From: an uncultured Verrucomicrobiae bacterium
Lineage (GTDB): Bacteria; Verrucomicrobiota; Verrucomicrobiia; Limisphaerales; Palsa-1400
Direction of reading: 5' to 3'
Assembly (NCBI GenBank): GCA_963707025.1
Contig: CAVPOM010000006.1
Span: forward strand, 563,369-627,368
Length of the DNA: 64,000 nucleotides
Positions 18,737-27,960 of the stretch are shown in pieces. Each line of letters starts with the position of its first letter. The first letter of the stretch is position 1. The position numbers and the translations under genes are program-made. Below the pieces are notes generated by a model that did no database searches, was not told where the DNA came from, and was given only the letters and a program-made list of their open reading frames with translations.

Positions 18737-20014
18737 TTGTTTCCCCGGCGTGCCCGCGTACGATTGCAAAAACGGGTTGCTCCAGCTTGTTTTCACAGCG
18801 GCCCAATACCAGATTTACAATTGTCGCCCGGCGCCACACTCAGATTGACGATTGTCAACATCGCCTTTGGCGGCGAAGGGGTGGGAAGGGTGGATGATTT
18901 TGTGGTGTTCGTGCCCTTTGTCGCCCAGGGGGAAGTGGTGGAGGTGGAGTTGACGGAGGTGAAGAAACGGTTTGCCCGCGCCCGCCTGCTCCAGGTGCTC
19001 CAACCCTCCCCGGAGCGGGTCGCGCCCGCCTGCCGCTACTTCGGCCAATGCGGCGGCTGCCAGTACCAGCATCTGGCTTATCCGGCCCAATTGCGGATCA
19101 AGCACAAGCAGATTTCCGATTTGTTCCAGCGCCTCGGCGGCTTTGCCGGCGCCCTGATTGATCCGGTGACGCCCTGCCCGCAACCCTACGGCTACCGCAA
19201 CCGCCTCATGATCCGCAGCCAATGGGACAAATTCAAACAGGGGCTGAATCTCGGCTTCATCCGGGCGCAAAACCGGCTGGTGGTGGACATCGAGGAATGC
19301 AAAATTGCCGAGCCGGTCCTCAACGCGCAAATCCAGGAGGTCCGCCGCCATCCTCCGCCCAAAGGCGGCCTGAAGGTGGTGCTGCGCGTGGCGCCGGAAG
19401 GCTGGGCCGTGCCGCGCGACTCCTTTTTTCAAACCAATTTCCATCTCCTGCCCCGGTTGGTGGCCACGGTGCGGGAGAGATTGCGCGCCGCCGGCACGCG
19501 GTTTCTAATTGACGCCTATTGCGGGGTCGGTTTTTTCAGCGTGGAACTTTCCGCTCTGGTCGAGCGCTTTGCCGGGGTGGAAGTGGACACGGCCGCGATC
19601 AAGGCGGCCCGGCAAAATGCGCTGGCCCGCGGCGCAGCCAATGGCGAGTTCCTCGCTGGCCGGGCGGAGAAGCTGTTGGCGCGGATGCTGGCGCGATTTG
19701 CCCCCGCGGCCACCACCCTGCTGCTGGATCCGCCGCGCACCGGCTGTCCGCCGGAGATGCTGCCCTTGCTGGCCCAGGCGCCCCCCGCCCAGATCCTTTA
19801 TGTTTCCTGCCATCCCGCCACTCTGGCGCGGGACTTGAACGTTTTGTGCGCCCGCGGTGTCTTTGAATTATCGAAAATCATCCCGTTGGATATGTTTCCA
19901 CAGACCCAACATGTGGAATGCGTGGCGGACGTGCGGAGAAAAGCCGTTCCGCCCGGCCCCCCTATAACCCAGAAAGTATCCTTGCCAACAGACGGTCGGT
20001 CGCCCCAAACTTGA
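18737..20014 (+). CDS. TRAM-domain RNA m5U methyltransferase (RlmD/TrmA family); start codon uncertain
   Basis: IAFGGEGVGR TRAM domain, C..FGQCGGCQYQH Fe-S motif, SFFQTN, DAYCGVG, LLDPPRTG, YVSCHPATLARD and DMFPQTQHVE. Confidence 0.9.
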   Translation: MFPRRARVRLQKRVAPACFHSGPIPDLQLSPGATLRLTIVNIAFGGEGVGRVDDFVVFVPFVAQGEVVEVELTEVKKRFARARLLQVLQPSPERVAPACRYFGQCGGCQYQHLAYPAQLRIKHKQISDLFQRLGGFAGALIDPVTPCPQPYGYRNRLMIRSQWDKFKQGLNLGFIRAQNRLVVDIEECKIAEPVLNAQIQEVRRHPPPKGGLKVVLRVAPEGWAVPRDSFFQTNFHLLPRLVATVRERLRAAGTRFLIDAYCGVGFFSVELSALVERFAGVEVDTAAIKAARQNALARGAANGEFLAGRAEKLLARMLARFAPAATTLLLDPPRTGCPPEMLPLLAQAPPAQILYVSCHPATLARDLNVLCARGVFELSKIIPLDMFPQTQHVECVADVRRKAVPPGPPITQKVSLPTDGRSPQT

Positions 20015-20021
20015 GCCATCC

Positions 20022-23003
20022 ATGACGGTAGCAAACGAGAAAACAATCGGTCGCCCGGTCAAGCCCCCCGTCCTGCTGTGTCCCTGGCTGGTCGCGCTGG
20101 CGGCGCTGGGGTTGTACGGGTTGACCTTGCATCACTGGGTCACCTTCGGCAGCCTGCCTTTTGCCTCGCAGATCACCGGCTGGGACTGGCATCCCGCGCC
20201 GCTGCCCTGGCGGCCCAATCCCCAATTCCCGCTGCTTTTCATTTTGACTTTTCCGTTGCGGCTGCTCCCCGCCGGCTGGCGGGTGGTGGGCTGGAATGTG
20301 TTCACCGCCGTTTGCGCGGCCTTGACGCTGGCCATCCTGGCCCGTTCCGTCCGCCTCCTCCCGCAGGACCGCACCAAGGACCAACGGCAGCGGGAGGGGG
20401 GAGAGTTTGCCTTGCTCTCCGTGCGGGCGGCCTTTCTGCCGGCCGCCTTCGCCGTGCTGCTGCTGGCGGGGCAATTGACCTTCTGGGAAAACGCCGTGGC
20501 GGGGACCGGCGAGATGATTGATCTGTTGGTCTTTGCCTTTCTCATTCTCTGTCTGCTGGAGTTTCGCATCTCGCAGAGCGAGCGGCGGTTGAGCCTGTTT
20601 GCTTTTGTTTATGGGTTGGGCGTGGCCAACAACTGGGCCTTGATCGGTTTTTTCCCATGCTTCCTGCTGGCGCTGATCTGGATCAAACGCCAGGGTTTTT
20701 TCAACTGGAAATTCGTCCTGCGCATGACCGGTTGGGGGGCCTTGGGGCTGCTCCTCTATGGCCTGATGCCCCTGCTGGGCGCCATCCATCACGACGGCGG
20801 TTTTTGGGAGTTGCTCCGCCAGAAATGGGCTGAGCAACATATTTATCTGACCCGCATGCCGCGCTATCTGGCCTTCATTGCCGGGGTGGCGACCTTGATT
20901 CCGCTGCTCTTCGCCGCCATCAACTGGCCGTCCTTCGAGGGCGAAGTCAACGCCGGCGCCAACGAGCTGAGCCGCCTGTTGTTTCGCCTGCTGCACATCG
21001 TGTTTTTGGCCGTCGGCGCCTTGATGTTTTTCGATATGAAATTCAGCCCGCGCAGGCTGCTCATGCTGGCGGGCCTTAACGGCGTGACGGGCTTCCTGAG
21101 TTTCTACTATCTGGCGGCGTTAAGCGTGGGGTATTTCAGCGGCTACGTCCTGCTGGTCTTTGGCAAGGAGATGTCCTATCGCTGGGGCCGGGCCACCGGC
21201 CTGCTGCGGGTCATCAACCTGGCTGTGACCGGCTTGTTGTGGGTGGCGGCCATCGGCCTGCCCGCGCGGTTGTTCTGGCAGAACTATCCGCGCCTGCGGG
21301 ATTACACCAGCCCGGTGGTCGCCCAATTTGGAAAGGAAATGGCCAAGGCGCTGCCCTCCGGGCCGGCCATTGTGCTGGCCGACGATCCCTCCCGGCTCTA
21401 TCTGGCCATGGGCGCGGTCCAGCGTCTGGGCCTGCCCGACCAGTACACCTTTATTGAAAGCCGCTCCCTGGTCCATCGCGAATATCTTCGTTTTTTGGTC
21501 GAGCGCTATCCGGCTTTTCGCAAGGAACTCAAAGATCCGGCCACTCTGCCGGAGCTGGTCTCCAGCCAGCAGATCGGCGATCTTTTGGCCCATCTCGCCC
21601 AGCGGCAGTGGGTCTATTATTTGCATCCCAGTTTCGGCAACTACTTTGAGCAGGTCTGCATGACCCCGCACCGCCTGGGCGCGGATTTGCACCCCTGCCC
21701 GACCAATGCGCTGCTGACGCTGGGGCTGACTCCGGCGGAAATCACCACCAACCAAGCCTATTGGCACAGGCTGGAGAAGGAGGCGCTGCCCGCCTTGCTG
21801 GACTTGGCCAAAAGGGACGCCGATGGCTTGCCCAAGCGGAGCGCCGATGCGGTGCGCATCGCCAACTATTATTCGCAAATGCTCGATTACTGGGGCGCCG
21901 CATTGCAATTGGCCGCCACCGAACTCAAGCTGCCGCTCCTGCTCAACGACGCCGGCGATCAGTTCGCCCAGGCCTTCCGGCTCAACCCGTTGAATTATGT
22001 GGCCCGCCTCAACCAGCAATTCAACGCCCATTTGCGCGGCGCGCCCCCGCCTCCCGGCGTGATCATCAGTTCGCCCGAATTGGCCGCCCGTGTGAGAAGT
22101 TGGGAAGACACTTACAATCTGGACGGCCCCGCCGACGTGCCGGACCTCGACATCCAGATCGGCCGCTATTTGGCCGCCAACGGCAATTACCGGCAGGCCG
22201 CTCATTTCTTCCAACGCTGCCTGGAACTGGTGCCCAACGACCCGGGGGCCGAACTGGACCTGGCTAAACCCTGCCTGGATCTGGGACTGGTGGACGCCGG
22301 CCTGGCCCTCATCCGGGACGTGCGCCAGCGCGGCGCGGGCGATCCGCTGGACCTGGCCCGCCTGGAAGCCCTGGCCTGGGCCAAAAAGAACGACTTCGAC
22401 AAGGCCGATAAATTGTTGACAGAAGCGCACCTCAAGTATCCCAAGGATGAACGATTCCCCGGTTTGATGGCCGGCTTCTACGCGCGCATGGGCTACAGCG
22501 TGCTGCTGCAAAACAAGGGCGACGCCGCCAGGGAGAAGGACGCGGCCAAATGGTTCCAGAAAGCCTTGGCCGCCCTGGATGACCAGTTGCAATTATTGGT
22601 CAATGACCCCATGAAATTCACCGCCAGCGCACGGGACATTCCCAGCATCAACCTCAGCAGGGTGGAAATGCAAATGATGCTCAAGGATTACCCGGCCGCC
22701 ATCCGCACCTCCGCGGCCATGGTGCGCCAGGAGCCGGACAACCCGGTGCCGCTCCTCAACCGCGCCATTTCCGAGTTGCAAAACCGCCAGTTCGACGACG
22801 CCAAAAAGGATTATCTGGCCGTGGAGAAAATGGTGCCGGCGCCCTCGCACCTGATTTATTACGGCCTGGCCCAGGTGGCTCAACAGCAGAAGGACCAGCC
22901 GGCGGAAATCCGCTACGAGCAGCTTTACCTCAAATACGCCCCCACCAACACGCTGGAATTCTCCAACGTCAACCAGCGCCTCCGCCAATTGGAGCCGCGC
23001 TGA
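20022..23003 (+). CDS. DUF2723/TMEM260-like multi-TM glycosyltransferase-like protein with C-terminal TPRs
   Basis: About 12 N-terminal TM segments with TFWENAV..GE and YGLGVANNW; C-terminal TPR-like helices. Confidence 0.7.
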   Translation: MTVANEKTIGRPVKPPVLLCPWLVALAALGLYGLTLHHWVTFGSLPFASQITGWDWHPAPLPWRPNPQFPLLFILTFPLRLLPAGWRVVGWNVFTAVCAALTLAILARSVRLLPQDRTKDQRQREGGEFALLSVRAAFLPAAFAVLLLAGQLTFWENAVAGTGEMIDLLVFAFLILCLLEFRISQSERRLSLFAFVYGLGVANNWALIGFFPCFLLALIWIKRQGFFNWKFVLRMTGWGALGLLLYGLMPLLGAIHHDGGFWELLRQKWAEQHIYLTRMPRYLAFIAGVATLIPLLFAAINWPSFEGEVNAGANELSRLLFRLLHIVFLAVGALMFFDMKFSPRRLLMLAGLNGVTGFLSFYYLAALSVGYFSGYVLLVFGKEMSYRWGRATGLLRVINLAVTGLLWVAAIGLPARLFWQNYPRLRDYTSPVVAQFGKEMAKALPSGPAIVLADDPSRLYLAMGAVQRLGLPDQYTFIESRSLVHREYLRFLVERYPAFRKELKDPATLPELVSSQQIGDLLAHLAQRQWVYYLHPSFGNYFEQVCMTPHRLGADLHPCPTNALLTLGLTPAEITTNQAYWHRLEKEALPALLDLAKRDADGLPKRSADAVRIANYYSQMLDYWGAALQLAATELKLPLLLNDAGDQFAQAFRLNPLNYVARLNQQFNAHLRGAPPPPGVIISSPELAARVRSWEDTYNLDGPADVPDLDIQIGRYLAANGNYRQAAHFFQRCLELVPNDPGAELDLAKPCLDLGLVDAGLALIRDVRQRGAGDPLDLARLEALAWAKKNDFDKADKLLTEAHLKYPKDERFPGLMAGFYARMGYSVLLQNKGDAAREKDAAKWFQKALAALDDQLQLLVNDPMKFTASARDIPSINLSRVEMQMMLKDYPAAIRTSAAMVRQEPDNPVPLLNRAISELQNRQFDDAKKDYLAVEKMVPAPSHLIYYGLAQVAQQQKDQPAEIRYEQLYLKYAPTNTLEFSNVNQRLRQLEPR

Positions 23004-23013
23004 ACCGCCGCGG

Positions 23014-24181
23014 ATGCGGGTCACCCACGTCATCACCCGGTTGATCCTGGGCGGCGCCCAGGAAAACACCGTCGCCACCGTGCTCGGCCTGCAAGAGCGG
23101 CCCGGCCTGCAAATCACCCTCCTGGCCGGTCCGGCCGCCGGGCCGGAAGGTTCCCTCGTTTCCGCCTTCCAGCAGTGCCCGCAACTGCTTGCCGTCATCC
23201 CCTCCCTGGTCCGCCCCGTCCACCCGCTCAACGACTGGCTGACTTTGCTGCGACTGACCAAAATCTTTCGCGCCACCCGGCCGGAACATCGTCCACACCC
23301 ACAGCGGCAAGGCGGGGATTCTGGGGCGCTGGGCCGCCCATCGCGCCGGCGTTCCCATTGCGGTCCATACCATTCACGGCCCCTCTTTCGGGCCTTTTCA
23401 AGGCGCGCTGGCCAACGGCCTTTTTCGCGGCGCGGAGCGGTTCGCCGCCCGGTACACCACCCATTACGTCAGCGTGGCTCAAGCCATGACCCGCCAGTAC
23501 CTGGCGGCCGGCCTCGGCCAGCCCGGCCAATATACCCGCATCTTCAGCGGCTTCCCCCTCCAGCCCTTTCTCGACGCTCAAAACGACCCGGCTTGGCGCG
23601 CCCGTCTCGGCCTCGCGCCGGACGATTTCGTCATTGGCATGATCGCCCGGCTTTTCAAGCTCAAAGGGCATGGCGACCTGCTGGACATCGCCCCCAATCT
23701 GGTCCGGCAATGTCCGCGCGCCAAATTCCTTTTCGTGGGCGACGGCGCCTGGCGCGCCCGGCTGGAGAACCGCGCGCGCTCGCTCGGCCTGGCGCAACAC
23801 TTTGTTTTCGCCGGCCTGGTCGCTCCGCCCGAAGTGCCGCGCTACCTCGGCGTCATGGATGCGCTGGTCCATCTCTCGCGCCGGGAGGGGCTGCCCCGCG
23901 CCCTGCCCCAGGCCCTGGCTGCGGCGCGCCCCGTGGCCGCCTATGCCTGCGATGGCGCGGGAGAAGTTTGTATTGACAACGAAACCGGCTTCCTCATCCC
24001 GCCCGGTGACCGCGAAACCCTGGCCCGGCGGCTGCTCCAACTGGCGGCCGATCCCGCTTTGCGGCGGCGTCTGGCGGCGCAAGGACGCCAATTCGTGCTC
24101 CCGCGCTTTGCCGTTGAAACCATGCTGGACAATCTCTACGCCCTCTACCTCAAACTCAGCGCAAGGGAGGATGGCTCCTAA
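23014..24181 (+). CDS. GT4 family glycosyltransferase with an apparent single-base frameshift at 23285-23286
   Basis: MRVTHVITRLILGGAQENT; removing one A restores PDIVHTHSGKAGILGR, in frame with IARLFKLKGH and REGLPRALPQALAA. Confidence 0.85.
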
Positions 24182-24245
24182 TCTTAATCTTAATCCTAAT
24201 CCTAATCCTAATCCTAATCTTAATCCTAATCTTAATCTCAATCCT
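24176..24245. repeat. TAATCY hexamer tandem array (about 11 units)
   Basis: cctaatcttaatcttaatcctaatcctaatcctaatcctaatcttaatcctaatcttaatctcaatcct; its first TAA is the stop codon of the GT4 gene. Confidence 0.9.
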
Positions 24246-24271
24246 CCGCTTAAACCACCCCAGTCAACCAT

Positions 24272-25258
24272 ATGAATGCTCCAGTCCTCAGAATCCGGTT
24301 TGCCGCCGCGCCCGCCCTTCTTCTGGCCGCCGCCGCCGCGCTCCAGGCGCAGACCGGGACCACCAACCTCGCGCCGAACGGCGGCTGGGAGAAATACTCC
24401 GGCAACCCGGTGCTGGGCGGCCAGTACGGCACCTGCTTTGATGTTTCGGTGCTGCACGAGGGCGATACTTTTCGCATGTGGGTTTCCTGGCGGCCCAGAC
24501 AAAGCGTCGCCCTGGTGGAAAGCAAGGATGGCCTGCATTGGGATGGGCCGCCCAAAATTGTCCTCGGCCCGAACAGGGCATCCGGTTGGGAGGCCGACAT
24601 CAACCGCCCGGTCGTCATCAAACGCCAAGATGGTTATCACATGTGGTACACCGGCCAGGCGCGGGGTCACTCGCGCATTGGCTGCGCCACCAGCCCGGAC
24701 GGCGTGGTCTGGAAGCGCATGAGCGAAAATGCAGTCCTCTCGCCGGAAATGCCTTGGGAAAAAGTCGCCGTCATGTGCCCGGACGTCATCTGGGATGCCA
24801 ATGCGAAAATCTTTCGCATGTGGTATTCCGCCGGCGAGCAATACGAACCCGACGCCATCGGCTGCGCGACCAGCCCCGATGGGACCAACTGGACCAAGCA
24901 GCCCGGCAATCCCGTCTTCAAGTCCGATCCCAACATTGAATGGGAAAAATACAAGGTCACCGCCTGCCAGATCGTGCCGCAGGACGGCTGGTATCTGATG
25001 TTTTACATTGGCTTTCGCGACATAGACCACGCGCAAATCGGCTTGGCCCGGTCCAAAGACGGCCTCAGCCACTGGGAGCGCCATCCGGCCAATCCGATTG
25101 TCCACCCCGACCCGGGCGCCTGGGACCACGACGCCTGCTACAAGCCCTGCGCCATTTTTGACGGCCAGAAATGGTTGTTATGGTACAACGGCCGTCACGG
25201 CGGCCTGGAACAAATCGGCGTCGCCCTCCATCCGGGCCGCGACCTTGGATTTCATTGA
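24272..25258 (+). CDS. Secreted five-bladed beta-propeller glycosidase (GH32/43/130-like clan)
   Basis: Signal peptide; repeated W.K...NPVL, MWY.G and IG.ATS.DG..W blades. Confidence 0.8.
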   Translation: MNAPVLRIRFAAAPALLLAAAAALQAQTGTTNLAPNGGWEKYSGNPVLGGQYGTCFDVSVLHEGDTFRMWVSWRPRQSVALVESKDGLHWDGPPKIVLGPNRASGWEADINRPVVIKRQDGYHMWYTGQARGHSRIGCATSPDGVVWKRMSENAVLSPEMPWEKVAVMCPDVIWDANAKIFRMWYSAGEQYEPDAIGCATSPDGTNWTKQPGNPVFKSDPNIEWEKYKVTACQIVPQDGWYLMFYIGFRDIDHAQIGLARSKDGLSHWERHPANPIVHPDPGAWDHDACYKPCAIFDGQKWLLWYNGRHGGLEQIGVALHPGRDLGFH

Positions 25259-25282
25259 CAACCCTGGATTAAATGCTAACCT
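25255..25282 (+). promoter_or_regulatory. Putative sigma70 promoter facing the intergenic region and intron
   Basis: TTGACA-16 nt-TAACCT with a TG extended -10. Confidence 0.45.
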
Positions 25283-25548
25283 TTCCTGAGTTATGAGGGC
25301 GATTTATATGGAGGGCGGGAGCGTTGCTCCCACTTTTGGATCGGGAACGATTGCCGGATGGCAAAGCGGCGCCGGCCCGTCGGCACACTCCAAAGCGGCA
25401 GCGGTTCCAATCCCGGTCCGGGCGCGACCGAGGAAGTTCCGCCAGTCAAACTCCGGCCCATCCTGTCCATCCAAAACAGCCGCGCTGTGCCATTATGTCG
25501 CTCCCATGGAAACTTACCCGTATCGCCCTGCGTCCCGCTTTGCATTTC

Positions 25549-25660
25549 CCGTCCACCGGTCCCGTCCACCGTCCTGTCCACCGTCCCGTCCACCGTCCTG
25601 TCCTCCGATGGCCCTGCGCAGGAGGAAAGCCCTGCGAAGGTGGAAGGCCCTGCGGAGGAG
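25549..25660. repeat. Tandem 12-bp repeats followed by GCCCTGCG-NAGG repeats
   Basis: (ccgtccaccgtc)-like units, then gccctgcgcaggagga, gccctgcgaaggtgga and gccctgcggaggag. Confidence 0.7.
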
Positions 25661-25707
25661 CATGCATTTGTCCCCCGCCGGTCAAACCGGTCAAAGCCAG
25701 TCAAACG

Positions 25708-27665
25708 TTGCGCCAGTGAAGTTGGTTGGAACGCGGGTGAAAGTCCCGTCCGTCGAATTAGGCTGTTCACGACGGAACACGACCTCAACAGCGCCGCCGC
25801 GAGGCGGGGTTGGAAGCTGAGGGAGATGAACAGACGGGCCGTAATGAAAATGAACCACATCCAATGAGCCTCGATAAGTTTAGAACCGGAGACAAGCCGA
25901 GCCGCTGTTTGACCGGCGAAGGCCGCAGGGAGGAGGCAGGGCAACAGTCAGAGCCTTCTCAACGCTCCGGCGGGGTCGGCGTGGACGGCACGTCTGGAAG
26001 TTCAACCAAGGTAAGCTGGGAGAACTCCGGCGGCGGGCGGCCAGCCCAACCGCCCGCGCAAGCTGGCAAGACCAGTCAGGCGAGCGGCCCTGCCGGAGAA
26101 GTCGGAGTTCCTCATAGTAGCGTGGACTTGTTTGCGCTCCAGGCGGATTTCCGCCGGGAGTTGCGCGAGCGAACGCAAAGGGGGAACACTTGCTCAATGC
26201 GTGGAGGCGAAGCGAAGGATGCGGGGATGGCCGGGGCGACCCGGATAGCAACCCCGGAGAAAGTTCGGCAGCTTCAAATCGCGCTCTATCGGAAAGCCAA
26301 AGCAGAGCCGAAGTATCGGTTCTGGAGCCTGTATGGGGAATTGCTGCGCAAGGACGTGCTCGAAACCGCCTTGGCAGCGCAACAGCGCAACGGCGGGGCC
26401 GCGGGAGTGGACGGACAGAGTATGGAGTCCATCACCGCCGACCCGGCCCTGCGCCAGCAATGGCTCGACCGCCTGCAAGCAGAACTCAAAGCCAAGACGT
26501 ATCGGGCCAGCCCGGTGCGGCGGGTGATGATTCCCAAGAGCAGCGGAGGGGAACGGCCGTTGGGCATCCCGACGGTCAAGGACCGGGTGGTGCAAACGGC
26601 GGTGTATCTGGTGCTGATGCCGATCTTGGAGGCGGACTTTCATCCGCGCTCCTACGGCTTTCGGCCCAAACGCCGGGCACACCAAGCCATTGCGGAAATC
26701 CAACAAGCAGTGCAGCAAGGCTACGTGGAAATCATTGACGCGGACCTGACGAAATATTTCGACACGATTCCGCACCGGGAACTGATGAAGGCCGTGGCCC
26801 GGCGGGTCAGCGACGGCAGCGTGCTGCGGCTCCTCAAGAGCTGGCTGCGCGCCCCGGTCGCGGAGGAAGACCAGGACGGCACCAAGCGAGTGATCCCCAA
26901 CCGGCGCGGCACGCCGCAAGGCGGGGTCATCTCGCCGCTGCTGGCCAACCTCTACCTCAACCCGCTGGATCACGGGGTGAACGAGAAAACCTCCGGCCAA
27001 GCCCGCATGGTGCGCTACGCCGATGACTTTGTCATCGCGTGCGCGGCGGGGTGCGGCGGAGGGCTGATAGCGCGGCTCAAGAAATGGCTTCGAGCCAAAG
27101 GGCTGACCCTCAACGAAGTCAAAACCCGAATTGTGAACATTCGCAAGGAAGGGATCAACTTCCTGGGCTTCAACCTGACCTGGCGCAAGTCCTTTGGAGG
27201 GCGCGGCTACCTGCACGTTCAACCCAGCCAGAAAAGCCGGGGGGCCCTGCGCGAGAAACTGGGCGGCATCCTCAACCACTGGACGCAGGGGCGTCCGATA
27301 CAGGAGGTGGTCAAAGAGGTCAACCAAGTCTTGCGCGGATGGGCGGGCTACTTCCACTACGGCAACAGCGTCTCGGTGATGAACCGGATGAAACACTACA
27401 GCCAAAACCGCTTTCGGCGCTGGCTGTGGCGCAAACACGGTTGCCGCCGCAGCCTGTGGGAACACTACGTTCCCGAGCAGTTGCACCAGCGTTATGGACT
27501 CTATGAACTGCCGACCACGGCGAAGTGGAAGGCGGCCCGATGAATGAGTTCGGAGAGCCGAATATGGGAAATCCGTCCGTTCGGTTCGATGAGGGGCGAA
27601 GTGGCAGCGCGAGACTGACAACTGCGGTCAGTTCAATCCGCCTCCTTCCACTTCGCCTACTCTAC
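25708..27665 (+). mobile_element. Group II intron, apparently complete
   Basis: 5' TTGCG; EBS1 loop TGTTTGAC (25906-25913) complements the exon end GTCAAACG; domain V GAGCCG...GAAA...CGGTTC at 27555-27587; domain VI stem GGCGAAGTGG/CCACTTCGCC; 3' end CTCTAC. Confidence 0.9.
26227..27543 (+). CDS. ltrA: Group II intron reverse transcriptase/maturase (RT plus X domain, no HNH endonuclease)
   Basis: RPLGIPTVKDRVVQ, SYGFRP, DADL.KYFDTIPH, GTPQGGVISPLLANLYL, VRYADDFV, FLGF and LRGWAGYF; probable start MAGATRIATPEKV. Confidence 0.95.
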   Translation: MAGATRIATPEKVRQLQIALYRKAKAEPKYRFWSLYGELLRKDVLETALAAQQRNGGAAGVDGQSMESITADPALRQQWLDRLQAELKAKTYRASPVRRVMIPKSSGGERPLGIPTVKDRVVQTAVYLVLMPILEADFHPRSYGFRPKRRAHQAIAEIQQAVQQGYVEIIDADLTKYFDTIPHRELMKAVARRVSDGSVLRLLKSWLRAPVAEEDQDGTKRVIPNRRGTPQGGVISPLLANLYLNPLDHGVNEKTSGQARMVRYADDFVIACAAGCGGGLIARLKKWLRAKGLTLNEVKTRIVNIRKEGINFLGFNLTWRKSFGGRGYLHVQPSQKSRGALREKLGGILNHWTQGRPIQEVVKEVNQVLRGWAGYFHYGNSVSVMNRMKHYSQNRFRRWLWRKHGCRRSLWEHYVPEQLHQRYGLYELPTTAKWKAAR

Positions 27666-27716
27666 CATAAAATGAGGTTTGACCCAAAACTCGGCTGCTT
27701 GTGCTTTTTTGAGGAG

Positions 27717-27752
27717 AATCAATCGAAGCGCCTTTTCATCAACCATTTACGC
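27717..27752. repeat. Dispersed 36-bp conserved core, copy A (in the intron 3' exon)
   Basis: aatcaatcgaagcgccttttcatcaaccatttacgc matches 53348-53383 at 29 of 36 positions. Confidence 0.7.
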
Positions 27753-27960
27753 CGACTGATGAGCATTGGCGGTCAGGGTCAAGCAAGCCTGACCCAGTCA
27801 AATCAGAGTTTCACCTTATGGACGCAGCCAGCCACCCCCGCCACTCCATCCCCCGCACCACTCCATCACTCCACCACTCCACCACTCCACTTGTTTTCAC
27901 CTGTTTTCACTTGATTTCACTCAATTTCAGATGTTTTCAGTTCCGGACAACCACAGTATT

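Noticed and set aside
24176-25660. CRISPR array
   Set aside because: The repeats are tandem 6-18-mers without unique spacers, and there are no cas genes in the window.
25291-25944. Overlapping ORFs in the 25.3-25.9 kb interval
   Set aside because: Translations are repeat-derived and low-complexity and run across the intron boundary.
25810-27543. RT as part of a DGR, retron or CRISPR-associated system; ORF start at 25810
   Set aside because: Domains V and VI, EBS1/IBS1 pairing and the maturase X domain identify a group II intron. The first 139 codons of the track ORF overlap intron RNA domains, so 26227 is the likelier start.
27525-27914. ORF 27525..27914 (and 53273..53569) as proteins
   Set aside because: They overlap intron domains V-VI and short repeats; treated as non-coding repeat sequence unless a coding signal is shown.
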